Part shown: positions 20,739-31,219 of the stretch, piece by piece
Numbering within the stretch: position 1 is the stretch's first letter
Layout of the letters: every line of letters starts with the position of its first letter
Source: an uncultured Nitrospiraceae bacterium
GTDB taxonomy: Bacteria > Nitrospirota > Thermodesulfovibrionia > Thermodesulfovibrionales > Dissulfurispiraceae
Direction of reading: 5' to 3'
Length of the DNA: 64,000 bases
NCBI GenBank assembly: GCA_963727805.1
Contig: CAVSHF010000005.1
Span: 128,001 to 192,000 of the forward strand
Position numbers and translations under genes: made by a program
Notes under the pieces: model-generated
Told to the model about the DNA's origin: nothing
The model's database searches: none
The model's input: the letters and a program-made list of their open reading frames with translations, nothing else

Positions 20739-20891
20739 TCAAGTGCCCTGAATTTGATTTTACTTTATCATTAATGTATTTCAGCAAACAAATGTCGGTG
20801 TTCATCCTATAGATGAGTTAGATTTTTTCCTACATAAAAATAGGTATATTGCTGATAAAAAGTTGGACTGCAATCAGTTAAAATTGTACAT

Positions 20892-21341
20892 ATGGAGGTG
20901 AATATGTTTAACGCAAATGCGATTCAGACATCTGAGCAAAGAGTTTCCTTCTTTCTGAACACATCTGAAATAAGCGTGCCCAGAAATAGCAACAACATTC
21001 TCATTGTGGATGATGACTGCGATATACTGGCTAGACTTTCTCAAAGTTTTGCAATGTGCGCAAAACACTATCACATTTTAACCGCAAAAAATGGGAAGGA
21101 AGCATTAGAAGTGCTCCAATCATTTCCGGTGGACATTCTGCTGACAGCTCTTGACATGCCTGTCATGAATGGGTTCTCTCTCACGAGTTATACAAGAATC
21201 TATTATCCTGCCACGCGGACATTTGTCATGTCGAGAGATGAACCCTCTGCAGTAATAAATAAATTACCTGAATCCGGAATTCACGGATATATCAAAAAGC
21301 CATTCGCCATTGAAACGATTTATAGTACTTTACGACTTTAA
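20892..21341 (+). CDS. Stand-alone receiver-domain protein lacking the phosphoacceptor Asp
   Basis: Motifs ILIVDDD, NGKEAL, DILLTALDMPVMNG and KKPF; the start may be ATG 20904. Confidence 0.82.
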   Translation: MEVNMFNANAIQTSEQRVSFFLNTSEISVPRNSNNILIVDDDCDILARLSQSFAMCAKHYHILTAKNGKEALEVLQSFPVDILLTALDMPVMNGFSLTSYTRIYYPATRTFVMSRDEPSAVINKLPESGIHGYIKKPFAIETIYSTLRL

Positions 21342-21423
21342 GGGTGCTTATTTCGTGTTATGCAGTACCATGCCGATAAGCAGTCCCTACTTTTTCTTCT
21401 CTACAAAAAAGTCGTGGACTTTA

Positions 21424-21972
21424 TTATGCAGCCGTTCCTTTCATTGATGCCTGTATTCCTTTACTGAACTCCGTGGGAACAGTTGTTGCTCTTGCCGCGA
21501 GTTCCCTATCGAGCATCATTAGTCCATTGGGATCATCCCTGATAATCTTTAACTGGGAGATGATTTCATTATCGTTGCTCTCCTCTTCGACTTGCTCGGT
21601 CACATACCATTGCAAAAATATCTGCGATGCATGATCCTTTTCAGCAAGAGCAACTTCCATCAAATCATCAATGGATTTAGTGATAAACTGTTCATGATCG
21701 AGGGTTTTGTTAAATGCATCCAGGGGAGACTCAAATTCTGAGGGTGGCTGTTGCAGCGCTTTTAAAAGGATGCTGCCTCCCTGGAGATTCATGTATTCAT
21801 AAATTTTCATAGCATGCATCATTTCTTCATGATATTGAACCATGAACCAGTTTGCAAAGCCTTTAAGACCGTTATGAGAAAAATGGGCTGACATTGACAT
21901 ATAAAGATACGCCGAATACATTTCTCGATTCATTTGCTCATTCAAGGCGTCTTCCATTTTCTTACCGAGCAT
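21424..21972 (-). CDS. ftnA: Non-heme ferritin
   Basis: Motifs NEQMNREMYSAYLY, EEMMHA, HEQFIT and FLQWYVTEQVEEE. Confidence 0.93.
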   Translation of the reverse strand: MLGKKMEDALNEQMNREMYSAYLYMSMSAHFSHNGLKGFANWFMVQYHEEMMHAMKIYEYMNLQGGSILLKALQQPPSEFESPLDAFNKTLDHEQFITKSIDDLMEVALAEKDHASQIFLQWYVTEQVEEESNDNEIISQLKIIRDDPNGLMMLDRELAARATTVPTEFSKGIQASMKGTAA

Positions 21973-22210
21973 AATTGACCTCCTGATGTTTTGCCGGCTT
22001 TATAGCCGTTATTTCAGACCTTCTCTTTCCCACTTCATGCAAGGGCTTATTAAACAAGACATAATTAGAAAAAATACTTTTTTGCAGCTGCATTTTTTTA
22101 GTATATCATATGTGCTGCGAGCTGTCGTTACAACTTTCTGAAGCACTCCCGATTTAATATGTAACTCTTACGCTTTCATGCTTCCTTATGGTATTATATT
22201 ACTCTTAAAC

Positions 22211-22287
22211 GCGCCCATAGCTCAGCTGGATAGAGCGTCAGACTACGAATCTGTAGGCCGGGGGTTCGAATCCTCCTGGGCGCGCCA
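22211..22287 (+). tRNA. tRNA-Arg(ACG)
   Basis: GCGCCCA/TGGGCGC acceptor stem, anticodon loop CTACGAA, GTTCGAAT T-loop and encoded CCA. Confidence 0.97.
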
Positions 22288-22342
22288 TTTTCTCGCCTCC
22301 TTCCATTTCCCTGTTGAAAGCACCAGATTACAAGGACTTTCC

Positions 22343-22372
22343 TTGACAGCGGCGGTGCTGAATTGGTAAATT
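22343..22372 (+). promoter_or_regulatory. Sigma70 promoter of the rpsU-dnaG-rpoD operon
   Basis: TTGACA 22343-48, 18 bp, then an extended -10 TGG-TAAATT. Confidence 0.6.
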
Positions 22373-22415
22373 ACCACACTATTTAAATCTATATATAGAG
22401 AGGGGTGAGTTACGA

Positions 22416-22616
22416 ATGCCCTCTGTTAAAGTCAGGGACAACGAATCGCTCGATTCGGCTCTCAAGCTTTTCAAGAAGCAGTGCGAGCGTGAAGGCATTC
22501 TTTCGGAAGTAAAGAAGCGGGAGTTTTACGACAAACCGAGCGTGAAGAAGAAGAAAAAGATTATTGCCGCCCGGAAGAAGGCTTCCAAAAAACCAAGGTC
22601 TTACGCTGCGAGGTAA
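22416..22616 (+). CDS. rpsU: 30S ribosomal protein S21
   Basis: [27 protein letters not shown]. Confidence 0.95.
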   Translation: MPSVKVRDNESLDSALKLFKKQCEREGILSEVKKREFYDKPSVKKKKKIIAARKKASKKPRSYAAR

Positions 22617-22619
22617 TGG

Positions 22620-23075
22620 TTGGCTTTTCTCGACGATCTTAACGCGGTCTTGAAGGAGGCCTTAAAATCCAGGGATGATCTCAAAGTTTCCGTCATCCGG
22701 ATGATAAAGGCCTCCTTAAAGTATAAAGAGATCGAGAAGATGAGCAGTCTTACAGATGCCGATATCCTATCGGTCCTTTCAACCCTCGCAAAACAGCGAC
22801 GGGAATCTATCGAGCAGTTCTCCGCTGCTGGTAGGACCGACCTTGCCGACAAAGAAACAAAAGAACTCGAAATCATCCGGTCGTATCTTCCCAATCAGCT
22901 TTCACTGTCTGAGCTCGATGATATCATCCGCTCTTCGATCAGTGAGTCTGGGGCAACGACTCTCAACGACCTTGGTAAGGTAATGAAGGTCCTCATGCCG
23001 AAGGTCAAGGGTGTGGCTGACGGAAAGATAGTCAATCTGCGTGTTAAAGAAGTCTTGACAACAATTTCTCAGTAG
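22620..23075 (+). CDS. yqeY: GatB/YqeY domain protein
   Basis: Motifs KQRRESIEQF..GRTDLA, YLPNQLS and LGKVM; follows rpsU. Confidence 0.92.
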   Translation: MAFLDDLNAVLKEALKSRDDLKVSVIRMIKASLKYKEIEKMSSLTDADILSVLSTLAKQRRESIEQFSAAGRTDLADKETKELEIIRSYLPNQLSLSELDDIIRSSISESGATTLNDLGKVMKVLMPKVKGVADGKIVNLRVKEVLTTISQ

Positions 23076-23104
23076 CAAATTTCACCATATAAGGAAGACC
23101 CTCT

Positions 23105-24061
23105 ATGAAGCTTTCCGAACTTTACAAGAAAGCGATCTCTACCGGCATCGACAACGATCCCCGCGGCAGGGTCGCCGTCATCAAAGAACTTGAAATTGCA
23201 AATAAAAAATACGAAGATCTCAAGCCGAGGGAAAAGGAAACCTTCGATAGTGAGACCCTCATTAACCCTTACTCCGATTCACGGATACTCTTCGGGAGCG
23301 GTGACGAAGATATAACTAGCATCATGGTCGGGATCGATATCGATGTGGGGGAGATACTTCTGGCAGAAAATCTGCGGGGTAAGAATACAGATATAGATCT
23401 TCTTGTTTCGCATCATCCTGCAGGACGCGCATTCGGAAACCTTTTCTCCGTCATCTACATGCAGGCCGACATTCTTCGGCGCTTCGGCGTTCCTATCAAT
23501 ATCGCCGAGAGCCTGATGGAAGGACGGGCCAAAGAGATTGAACGACGTCTCATGCCGGCAAACCATGCACGATCGGTCGATGCGGCGCGGCTCCTAGAAC
23601 TACCTTTCATGTGCCTTCACACGCCTGCCGACAATATGGTGGCCAACTATCTGCAAAATCTCTTCGCCGATAAAGAACCCAAGCGACTTGAAGATATCAT
23701 CGAACTTTTGCGCGATATTCCCGAATACATGCACGCTGAAAAATATAATGCTGGGCCAAAGGTCCTGCTCGGCTCTGACACAAGAACGGCCGGTAAGATC
23801 TTTGTCGACATGACCGGCGGCACCGAAGGCGCAAGGGATATAATAAAGAGCCTCAGCCAGAGCGGCGTTAATACCATTGTCGGCATGCACATGAGCGAGG
23901 AGCACAGGAAGGAAGCCGAACGTCATCACATTAATGTTGTCATCGCCGGACACATCGCAAGCGATACACTCGGACTGAATCTTCTCTTCGATCGGGTAAT
24001 TGACGACGGGAAGATCAGCGTGGTGGAATGCTCGGGGTTCAAAAGAGTATTGAGAAACTAA
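23105..24061 (+). CDS. NIF3/DUF34-like dinuclear metal-centre protein
   Basis: His-rich motifs SHHP, CLHTPADN, GMH and AGHIASD; GIDID. Confidence 0.75.
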   Translation: MKLSELYKKAISTGIDNDPRGRVAVIKELEIANKKYEDLKPREKETFDSETLINPYSDSRILFGSGDEDITSIMVGIDIDVGEILLAENLRGKNTDIDLLVSHHPAGRAFGNLFSVIYMQADILRRFGVPINIAESLMEGRAKEIERRLMPANHARSVDAARLLELPFMCLHTPADNMVANYLQNLFADKEPKRLEDIIELLRDIPEYMHAEKYNAGPKVLLGSDTRTAGKIFVDMTGGTEGARDIIKSLSQSGVNTIVGMHMSEEHRKEAERHHINVVIAGHIASDTLGLNLLFDRVIDDGKISVVECSGFKRVLRN

Positions 24062-24094
24062 TCCCCAGCCCCGAAACAGAACAGGCAAAAGCAC

Positions 24095-25831
24095 ATGAAA
24101 AATGACGGACAAATCGATGAAATAAAATCGCGGATCGACATTCATGACCTGATCGCGGAATACGTGGATCTCAAACGCTCAGGCCAAAACTATAAAGGCC
24201 TATGCCCGTTCCATTCAGAAAAAACACCCTCTTTCATGGTAAGTCCCTCAAAGCAGATATTCCATTGTTTCGGCTGCAACAAGGGAGGAGATATCTTCTC
24301 TTTCATCATGAATTATGAGAACATGACATTCAGCGAGGCCCTCTCATTCCTCGCTAATAAAGCCGGCGTTCAGATTGAAGTCATGCGCCATGATGACCCC
24401 GACAAGGGCATTAAGGAGGCCCTCTTCGCAATTCATGAGGAGGCCCGGCGCTTCTTTACTGCCAATCTAAAAAGCTCAAAACATGCCCTAGCCTATCTCG
24501 CTGAAAGAGGTATAGAGCCGGAAACCATCGAACAATTCTCCCTTGGATATGCAAAAAACGAAAGGGATTCTCTGCTGCGACATCTCAGGGCTGCGGGTTT
24601 TTCCGACCGACAGCTGAAGTCTTCGGGCCTTGCCTATTTCGGGGAAACAGAAGTGCACGATTTATTCAGAGACCGACTGCTTTTCCCCATCTTTGATCTC
24701 AGGGGCAAAGTAGTGGCCTTTGGCGGAAGGACTCTATCGCCATCGAAGAATATTCCTAAATATCTCAATTCGCCTGAAAATCCTATTTTCAGGAAGGGCG
24801 AATCGTGTTATGCCCTTAACATCGCAAAAAAACATATTGCAAATAAGGGCTACGTCATTATTGTCGAGGGGAACTTTGACGTGATCGTCTGTCACCAATT
24901 CGGGTTTCCGAATACTGTGGCGCCTCTCGGAACTGCCTTGACTGCCGGTCATCTGAAGAAGCTCAAGAAATGCACAAACAAGGTGCTGCTCACCTTCGAT
25001 GCAGACCCCGCAGGGATAGCCGCAGCAAAAAGGGTGATTGAGTTGGTGTACGCCGAGGGTCTGATTTCGAAGATCGTCCTGTTGAGCGAAGGAGAAGACC
25101 CTGATACCTTCCTGAGAAAATACGGTGCTGAACAATTCAAGAATTTTCTTGCAAAGGCGTTATCGCCAGTTCGTTTCTTTCTATCCCGGGCTGGCAAGAG
25201 CAAAATAGACGGGGTACGCCAGTTTCTTACGATACTTTCATCCTGCCATGACCCCCTTCTCAGGGATGATGCACTCAGGGAACTTTCGGACCTGGCAAGT
25301 GAAAAAGTGCTCCGGCAAGAGCTGGCAATTATTGCCCGGAAAACGTCCGAGGCTAACCGCCAGTTCCGTGCTTCTAGTCCGGAACAAAGCGCTCCCTCCT
25401 CAACCGGTGAAATGACCAAGGAAGAGGAGATCTTGCTCAACATCACGTTTTCGCTTCCGAGATTGGCACGCCGCATAGCTGAGCGCGTCGACATCGCGAA
25501 CCTCGAAAATCCGCTCGCAAAGAAGCTCTTCGAGAAGATCCTTGCTTTCCCACAGGATGATACACTATCGATTGATATTTTTTTGACAGACTGCAGCCCA
25601 GAGGAACGGACTCTCATCTCTAAATTATCGATCGACCCCGGAATCGACATGAATGAAATTGCTCAGAACATCGATGATTGCATCAACAAGATCAGACTCA
25701 AGAGTATCAACAAGAGGATTTTCGTCGCAAAAAGCATGGGAGACGCTGACTCCCTGCGCATGCTTCTTCGTGAAAGGACAACGCTCATGCAAAAGCCTGT
25801 TGAACTTTTTCAATCAAAACGCACACAATAG
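24095..25831 (+). CDS. dnaG: DNA primase
   Basis: CHC2 zinc finger (CPFH..CFGC), KYLNSPE, TOPRIM motifs VEG and FDADPAG. Confidence 0.96.
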   Translation: MKNDGQIDEIKSRIDIHDLIAEYVDLKRSGQNYKGLCPFHSEKTPSFMVSPSKQIFHCFGCNKGGDIFSFIMNYENMTFSEALSFLANKAGVQIEVMRHDDPDKGIKEALFAIHEEARRFFTANLKSSKHALAYLAERGIEPETIEQFSLGYAKNERDSLLRHLRAAGFSDRQLKSSGLAYFGETEVHDLFRDRLLFPIFDLRGKVVAFGGRTLSPSKNIPKYLNSPENPIFRKGESCYALNIAKKHIANKGYVIIVEGNFDVIVCHQFGFPNTVAPLGTALTAGHLKKLKKCTNKVLLTFDADPAGIAAAKRVIELVYAEGLISKIVLLSEGEDPDTFLRKYGAEQFKNFLAKALSPVRFFLSRAGKSKIDGVRQFLTILSSCHDPLLRDDALRELSDLASEKVLRQELAIIARKTSEANRQFRASSPEQSAPSSTGEMTKEEEILLNITFSLPRLARRIAERVDIANLENPLAKKLFEKILAFPQDDTLSIDIFLTDCSPEERTLISKLSIDPGIDMNEIAQNIDDCINKIRLKSINKRIFVAKSMGDADSLRMLLRERTTLMQKPVELFQSKRTQ

Positions 25832-25845
25832 ACGAGGAGGTTTCT

Positions 25846-27390
25846 TTGAAGGATCCCTTTGATAGATACACGGAAGACTTTGGCGGCGACGATGACGATG
25901 AGTCCTCTGAGGACCTTCCCCAAAACCTCGCAGAGGTTTCCGGTGAAGATTCGTTCCATGAGAGCGATGCTGTCGAAATTGGCGAACCTGCGGGCGATTC
26001 TGATCAGGAGTTTGATCCGCTCAAGTCCTATCTGAAAGGCATCAGTGCGATTCCCTTGCTCACTAGAGAAGGGGAGGTCGATATTGCCCGCCAGATCGAA
26101 AAAGGAAAGGAGCGGATAGAGAACACCCTGTTCATTATTCCCTTTGTCATACGGAAGCTCATCATGCTTGGCAAACTCGTTGAAAATGGTGAGGCCCCCA
26201 TCATCGACCTGATCCAGGATAGCGAAGATCTCCTAGAAGAAGACCTTTACGAAGAGAAGCAGCGTTTTTCCATAATTACGATGGAAATAGCCGCTCTCGT
26301 AAAGAAACATCAATTATTAGACGATTCAGCTTCTTACAACAAAAAAATCCGAAGTCATCAGGTGGAGAGTCACACGCGGGGAAACAGCACAATAGCGGAG
26401 AGCAAGGCCCGGATCATTGAAAAGATCAAAGAGTTGAACCTCAGGGGTGATGTAGTCCTCGCTTTTTTCGAAGAATTGAGAAAAATGGCAGAACAGGTGG
26501 AAGTTCTCCAGGAAAAAGTCCGATCTCTTAAGAAATCGCGAAGTGATAAAGAGGTGGCTGAATACCTTGCAGAAATTGCCCGGATAGAAGATTCCTTCGG
26601 GGTAAGCAGTCCTGAAATTAGAAAAATCTCACAGGAAGTGCTTGATGCCGACCAAGCGGTCATCATTGCCAAGAGCAAGCTTATCGAAGCCAATCTCAGA
26701 TTGGTTATAAGCGTCGCCAAGAGATATATCGGGAAGGGTCTCATACTGGGGGATCTGATTCAGGAAGGGAATATCGGGCTCATGCGCGCCGTCGACAAGT
26801 TTGAATACCAGAGGGGCTACAAGTTCAGCACCTATGCTACGTGGTGGATACGGCAGGCTATAAGCAGGGCACTTGCCGACCAGTCACGGACAATCAGGAT
26901 TCCAGTCCACATGATCGAGAACATCAATCGAGTCAACAGAACAGCAAAACAGCTTGTGCAGGAGGCAGGCTCGGACCCCGACCCCGAAGAGATCTCGGAG
27001 CGGTCGAAAATCCCCGTCAGCCGTGTGAGAAATATCCTAAAAATAACGAAAGAGCCCATCTCGATTGAAACCCCCATCGGTGACGAAGACGATGCGATGC
27101 TCAAAGACTTCATCGAAGACAAATCCATCCTGTCGCCGCTCGATAACGCAATACAGGACGATCTCAAATCCCAAATCGACAAGGTGCTCTGTACCCTTTC
27201 ACCCAAGGAGCAATTAGTGATACGGAGGAGGTACGGCCTCGGCGAAGACACTCCCCGTACACTTGAAGAAGTGGGGCAGGAGTTCGATGTGACAAGGGAG
27301 CGGATAAGACAAATCGAGGTAAAGGCAATCCGCAAGTTGAAGCATCCATCCCGGAACAAGTGGCTAAGGGATTTCCTGAATAAACCTTGA
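25846..27390 (+). CDS. rpoD: Primary sigma factor RpoD
   Basis: Motifs [33 protein letters not shown] and TRERIRQIE; follows dnaG; TTG start with GAGGAGG. Confidence 0.95.
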   Translation: MKDPFDRYTEDFGGDDDDESSEDLPQNLAEVSGEDSFHESDAVEIGEPAGDSDQEFDPLKSYLKGISAIPLLTREGEVDIARQIEKGKERIENTLFIIPFVIRKLIMLGKLVENGEAPIIDLIQDSEDLLEEDLYEEKQRFSIITMEIAALVKKHQLLDDSASYNKKIRSHQVESHTRGNSTIAESKARIIEKIKELNLRGDVVLAFFEELRKMAEQVEVLQEKVRSLKKSRSDKEVAEYLAEIARIEDSFGVSSPEIRKISQEVLDADQAVIIAKSKLIEANLRLVISVAKRYIGKGLILGDLIQEGNIGLMRAVDKFEYQRGYKFSTYATWWIRQAISRALADQSRTIRIPVHMIENINRVNRTAKQLVQEAGSDPDPEEISERSKIPVSRVRNILKITKEPISIETPIGDEDDAMLKDFIEDKSILSPLDNAIQDDLKSQIDKVLCTLSPKEQLVIRRRYGLGEDTPRTLEEVGQEFDVTRERIRQIEVKAIRKLKHPSRNKWLRDFLNKP

Positions 27391-27497
27391 TTCCGGCCTT
27401 GACTTGTGGGACTCTTTGAGTTTATAGTAAACGCTTACAAGCGTAGACACCGCGCCGCTTGCGGCATGGGCGGACCATCGATTCGTCTGCTTAGCGC

Positions 27498-27573
27498 GGG
27501 CCCATAGCTCAGCTGGTAGAGCTACCGGCTCATAACCGGTTGGTCCCAGGTTCGAGTCCTGGTGGGCCCACCA
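27498..27573 (+). tRNA. tRNA with CAU anticodon, most likely tRNA-Ile2 (lysidine-modified)
   Basis: GGGCCCA/TGGGCCC stem and ACCGG-CTCATAA-CCGGT anticodon arm. It lacks initiator features and sits after rpoD, as ileX does. Confidence 0.88.
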
Positions 27574-27641
27574 AATATTTTCAGTTAGTATCCCGGTAGC
27601 AGGCCGGACAGCCCCAGTTAAGCGGATGGAGAGGAGTATTC

Positions 27642-28382
27642 GTGGAACAAGAGTTGCACCTATTGGTTGATTTGCAGAAGCTTGACTCAAATATCCTTGC
27701 CCTCCGCTACAAGATTGACTCGATGCCTTCCCATATCGCAGCCGAAGAAGCCCCGTATAAAGCAGCGCTTAAGGCCTACGAAGCTACACACCAGCAGCTC
27801 CTTTCACTCGAAAAGAAAAAGAAGGATAAGGAACGTCTGATTGAAGACTTGGCGGATAAGATCAACAAGCTCAGGGCCCGTGCCTCGGAGATCAAGACAA
27901 ACAAGGAGTATCAGGCTCATTTAAAGGAAATTGAGTCGGTCGAGTTAGAGATCCGTTTGGCTGAAGATGAAGTCCTCTCGCTGATGGAGGTCATCGAAAA
28001 CGTATCTAAACAAGCGGAAGCCGAGAATGCCCGCCTCACGGATACAAAGACTAAAGCGGAAGCGCTCAATAAGGAGAGGGACAAGGAAATCGCATTTATT
28101 GAACAGGAGTTGCAGGCCTTAAAAGAAAAGAGACACCTTCTTGCAGATAAAGTCGATCGCGAGTTGTACACTCGCTACATGAACCTCCTCAAGACGGGAA
28201 GGGGTTGTGCCGTGGCTGAAGTAAAGAAAGAGGTTTGCCAGGGCTGTAATATGAACATACCGCCACAGCTTTTCGTCGAGATAAAAAGCAGCGGCACTCT
28301 TTTCCAGTGCCCGCAATGCAGGCGAATATTGTATTACGCCAAGCCCGCTGACGAACCACAGGAAACTGCAGATGGGAATTGA
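27642..28382 (+). CDS. Coiled-coil protein with C4-type zinc ribbon (DUF164/CT398-like)
   Basis: Long coiled coil with TNKEY; CQGC..CPQCRRILY. Confidence 0.9.
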   Translation: MEQELHLLVDLQKLDSNILALRYKIDSMPSHIAAEEAPYKAALKAYEATHQQLLSLEKKKKDKERLIEDLADKINKLRARASEIKTNKEYQAHLKEIESVELEIRLAEDEVLSLMEVIENVSKQAEAENARLTDTKTKAEALNKERDKEIAFIEQELQALKEKRHLLADKVDRELYTRYMNLLKTGRGCAVAEVKKEVCQGCNMNIPPQLFVEIKSSGTLFQCPQCRRILYYAKPADEPQETADGN

Positions 28383-28488
28383 TACCTGCCGCCCTTAACT
28401 AACCTCATCTCAACGCTTTTGCCCTCCTTCAAAACTCGCTTGCCATGCCTAATTTACTTATAAATAAAGTTTATGCTATATTAAAGCT

Positions 28489-29418
28489 ATGGGAATGGAA
28501 GATCATAAACTCAAAGTTTTCTGTACTGTTGCAGAAACGAAAAGTTTCTCAAAGACGTCCGAGATTATTCATCTGACACAACCCGCGGTAAGCCTTCAGG
28601 TGCAGGCTCTCGAAGATATCTATGAGACAAAACTTTTCGACCGGACGAGCGGTTCTATTCACTTGACCGTGGCAGGTGAGGTTCTGTACAAATACGCCAA
28701 GGACATACTGGCCCTTTACGCCCTTGCCGAAAAGGACATCTCCAAAATCACGGGCCTCGTAAAAGGGAGCATCAAGATCGGCGCCGGTACTACTTTTGGG
28801 AACCATATCCTGCCGAGCGTCATCGTCGATTTCAAAAACTCCCACCCCAAAATCGAAATCGATGTATTTATAGGGAATACGAAGCGGATCATGGATCTCC
28901 TGCATTCGGGCGCCGTCGATGTGGGCATCGTCGGAGAAGTACCCTCGAAGAGCAAGGTCGTCGTGGAACCGATAATGGCTGATGAGCTTTTTATAATCGT
29001 GCCGCCCCAGCATCCGTGGGCAAAGAAGAAGTTCGTCTCCATTGCCGAAATCGTGAAGGAGCCGATTGTTTTCAGAGAGGAAGGCTCAGGCACCAGGCAG
29101 GTGATCGAAAAACATCTGGTTGACAACGGCATCAATCTCTCCGACCTACAGATTGCCGTTATCCTCGGCAGCACAAGCTCAATAAAAGAGGCAGTAGAAA
29201 GGGGCATGGGGATATCAATTGTTTCCAAGTGGGCTGTTAGAAAAGAGGTGTATCGGGGCCATCTTAAGGCAATTTCGCCAAAGGAGGGCAAGATAGCCCG
29301 GGAATTCTCGCTGGTAATTCCAAAAAATACGATCCTTCCCCATGCGGTCGATGAGTTCATCGTCTTTCTTAAGGCGTATTCCTATGATAAGATGCTCAAC
29401 GAATACAAAATGGCTTGA
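28489..29418 (+). CDS. LysR-family regulator (CysL/selenium-metabolism-associated type)
   Basis: HTH LTQPAVSLQV and REEGSGTR; its stop abuts the selD stop with no gap. Confidence 0.88.
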   Translation: MGMEDHKLKVFCTVAETKSFSKTSEIIHLTQPAVSLQVQALEDIYETKLFDRTSGSIHLTVAGEVLYKYAKDILALYALAEKDISKITGLVKGSIKIGAGTTFGNHILPSVIVDFKNSHPKIEIDVFIGNTKRIMDLLHSGAVDVGIVGEVPSKSKVVVEPIMADELFIIVPPQHPWAKKKFVSIAEIVKEPIVFREEGSGTRQVIEKHLVDNGINLSDLQIAVILGSTSSIKEAVERGMGISIVSKWAVRKEVYRGHLKAISPKEGKIAREFSLVIPKNTILPHAVDEFIVFLKAYSYDKMLNEYKMA

Positions 29419-30429
29419 TTATGCAACGTTCACCTTTCCGGACCCTTTCTCAACTTTTCCGATAACTGCAAAAAATACCGAGGATTTTTCAAAAAAACTC
29501 ACATCGTCACCTTTCATCGTTATCAAGAGTCCCCCCGACGTCTGAGGATCGGAAAGCAGGAGCTTATGCTCTTCGCTCATTCCCGCCCGGAAGGCAACCT
29601 TTCCGTCAAGATAGCGAAGGTTATGATAGGCGCCTTCTGGCACCATACCGGCATCAATCATCTCCTTCACTCTGTTCAAAACAGGAACACGGTCGTTATG
29701 GATGACAAAATCAAGGCCCGTTCCGGTGACCATGTTCAGAGCATGTCCCAAAAGTCCGAATCCCGTGACATCAGTGCACGCAGTCGCCCCGGCACTAACC
29801 GCAACCATCGAAGCCGCTTCATTGAGTGTCAACATCCATTCGACAGCAGGGATTATATCGTCGTCAGACAGCTTGCCACCTTTGAGAGCGGTAGTGAGTA
29901 TGCCGATGCCGAGAGGCTTGGTTAAGATGAGCACGTCGCCTTCGACAGCGCCGCCCACCCTCAAGATATTGTCCTTGTTGACAACGCCCGTGACGGAAAG
30001 ACCGAATTTTATTTCATTGTCTTCAAAGCTGTGTCCGCCTATCAGAACTGCACCCGCATGCTTCAACGAGGCGATAGCTCCTTTAAGGATCTCTTTTAAC
30101 ACGGCCGGCTCATAATCGCAGGAAGGAAAGCCGGCAACGGCCAATGCTGTGAGGGGCCGTCCCCCCATCGCATAGACATCGCTCATGGAATTAGTGGCGC
30201 TGATAGCACCGAAAGTAAAAGGGTCGTTTACAACCGGAGTGATTACGTCGACGGTCTCCACTACTGCCTGGTCTCCGATCAGATAGACCCCGGCATCATC
30301 GCCAGGACCAACAAGCACGTTGGAGGCGCCGTTGCAGCGGATATCGCTGATTATCTCTTCGAGGTCCGACGGACCTATCTTTGCCGCTCAGCCTGCGGCC
30401 TTCACCTTTTCTGTCAACCGATAGTTCAT
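29419..30429 (-). CDS. selD: Selenide, water dikinase (selenophosphate synthetase), Sec-containing form
   Basis: Reads ATG 30429 MNYRLTEKVKAAG-U(TGA 30390-30388)-AAKIGP, in frame with GDDAGVY, GGHS, DVTGFGLLGH and DPQTSGGLL. Confidence 0.95.
30362..30376 (-). promoter_or_regulatory. Candidate bacterial SECIS hairpin of selD
   Basis: mRNA AGGUCC-GUC-GGACCU starts after an 11-nt spacer 3' of the UGA, with G in the apical loop. Confidence 0.7.
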
Positions 30430-30599
30430 AATATTATTAGTATACGAGTCTGAAGATAAAGGGTAAAGGGCACACGTTTCAAAAAGGTAGTCCCTTAATT
30501 TTCATATCAAACACACGACAAAAACTGCTATCTGCTGAGCAAAAGGGTTGTCATAGTGTTCCACATCTCTATCATCCGTCGGGTTGGCTATACATACTT

Positions 30600-30995
30600 T
30601 TCACCCACAAAGTAACAGTGCTGATCAGTGATGAAATGATACCATGGATGTCAGGCGTAAATTTCCTTGCGAGGGTTAGTAGCCGCTTCCCTCCTGTTTG
30701 CAAGCCTGAATGCAGCGATTAAGTCGATTAACAAAGACGAGATCTACCGTCTTTCCGCAGAGCTCTACGACGATTTCGAACTTAGTTTCGCCGTGAAGGC
30801 AGCAATCGAAGAATACAAATTAGAAACAGAGAACCGGAGCCTTCTGACTATCGTGAGGCAGCAAGCCCTCAACCTTCTTAAGTTCTCAAAAAAGAGTATG
30901 CCGGTATCGCGCAAGTCCACTACGATGAAAAAGGTCGGATCATCATTCAGGATATGCCCGATATAGAGATTCAACAAATTGTCGCCGATTTGTAG
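30600..30995 (+). pseudogene. Decayed response regulator
   Basis: Three pieces joined by two frame breaks: VLISDEMIPWMSGVNFLARV, then ASLNAAIKSINKDEIYR..DDFELSFAVK, then KKEYAGIAQVHYDEKG. The N-terminus and the T/S strand are missing. Confidence 0.7.
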
Positions 30996-31040
30996 CAGGA
31001 CACGGGGCATAACCGCCCGTAATTCCGAAACACCCTCATA

Positions 31041-31069
31041 TTGACAAAGGCTGACACATTGTGTATTCT
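31041..31069 (+). promoter_or_regulatory. Sigma70 promoter of rho
   Basis: TTGACA, 17 bp, TATTCT. Confidence 0.65.
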
Positions 31070-31219
31070 ATGAAAGAGTTCACTGATTCCCCCCTTATCA
31101 GGGTTAGATCATAATCAACGTATTTTACCAAAAGACATTCACTATTGAGGAAAAATCCGCAAACACAACTTGCAACGGCTAGCGATACTTTCTATCATCC
31201 ACCCGGAGAGGAAAAACGA

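Noticed and set aside
27498..27573. Initiator tRNA-fMet
   Set aside because: It has a paired 1:72 position and lacks three consecutive G:C pairs in the anticodon stem.
28383..28488. RNase P RNA or rnhA, often found after the zinc-ribbon gene
   Set aside because: The gap is only about 105 bp and lacks the GAGGAAAGTCC motif.
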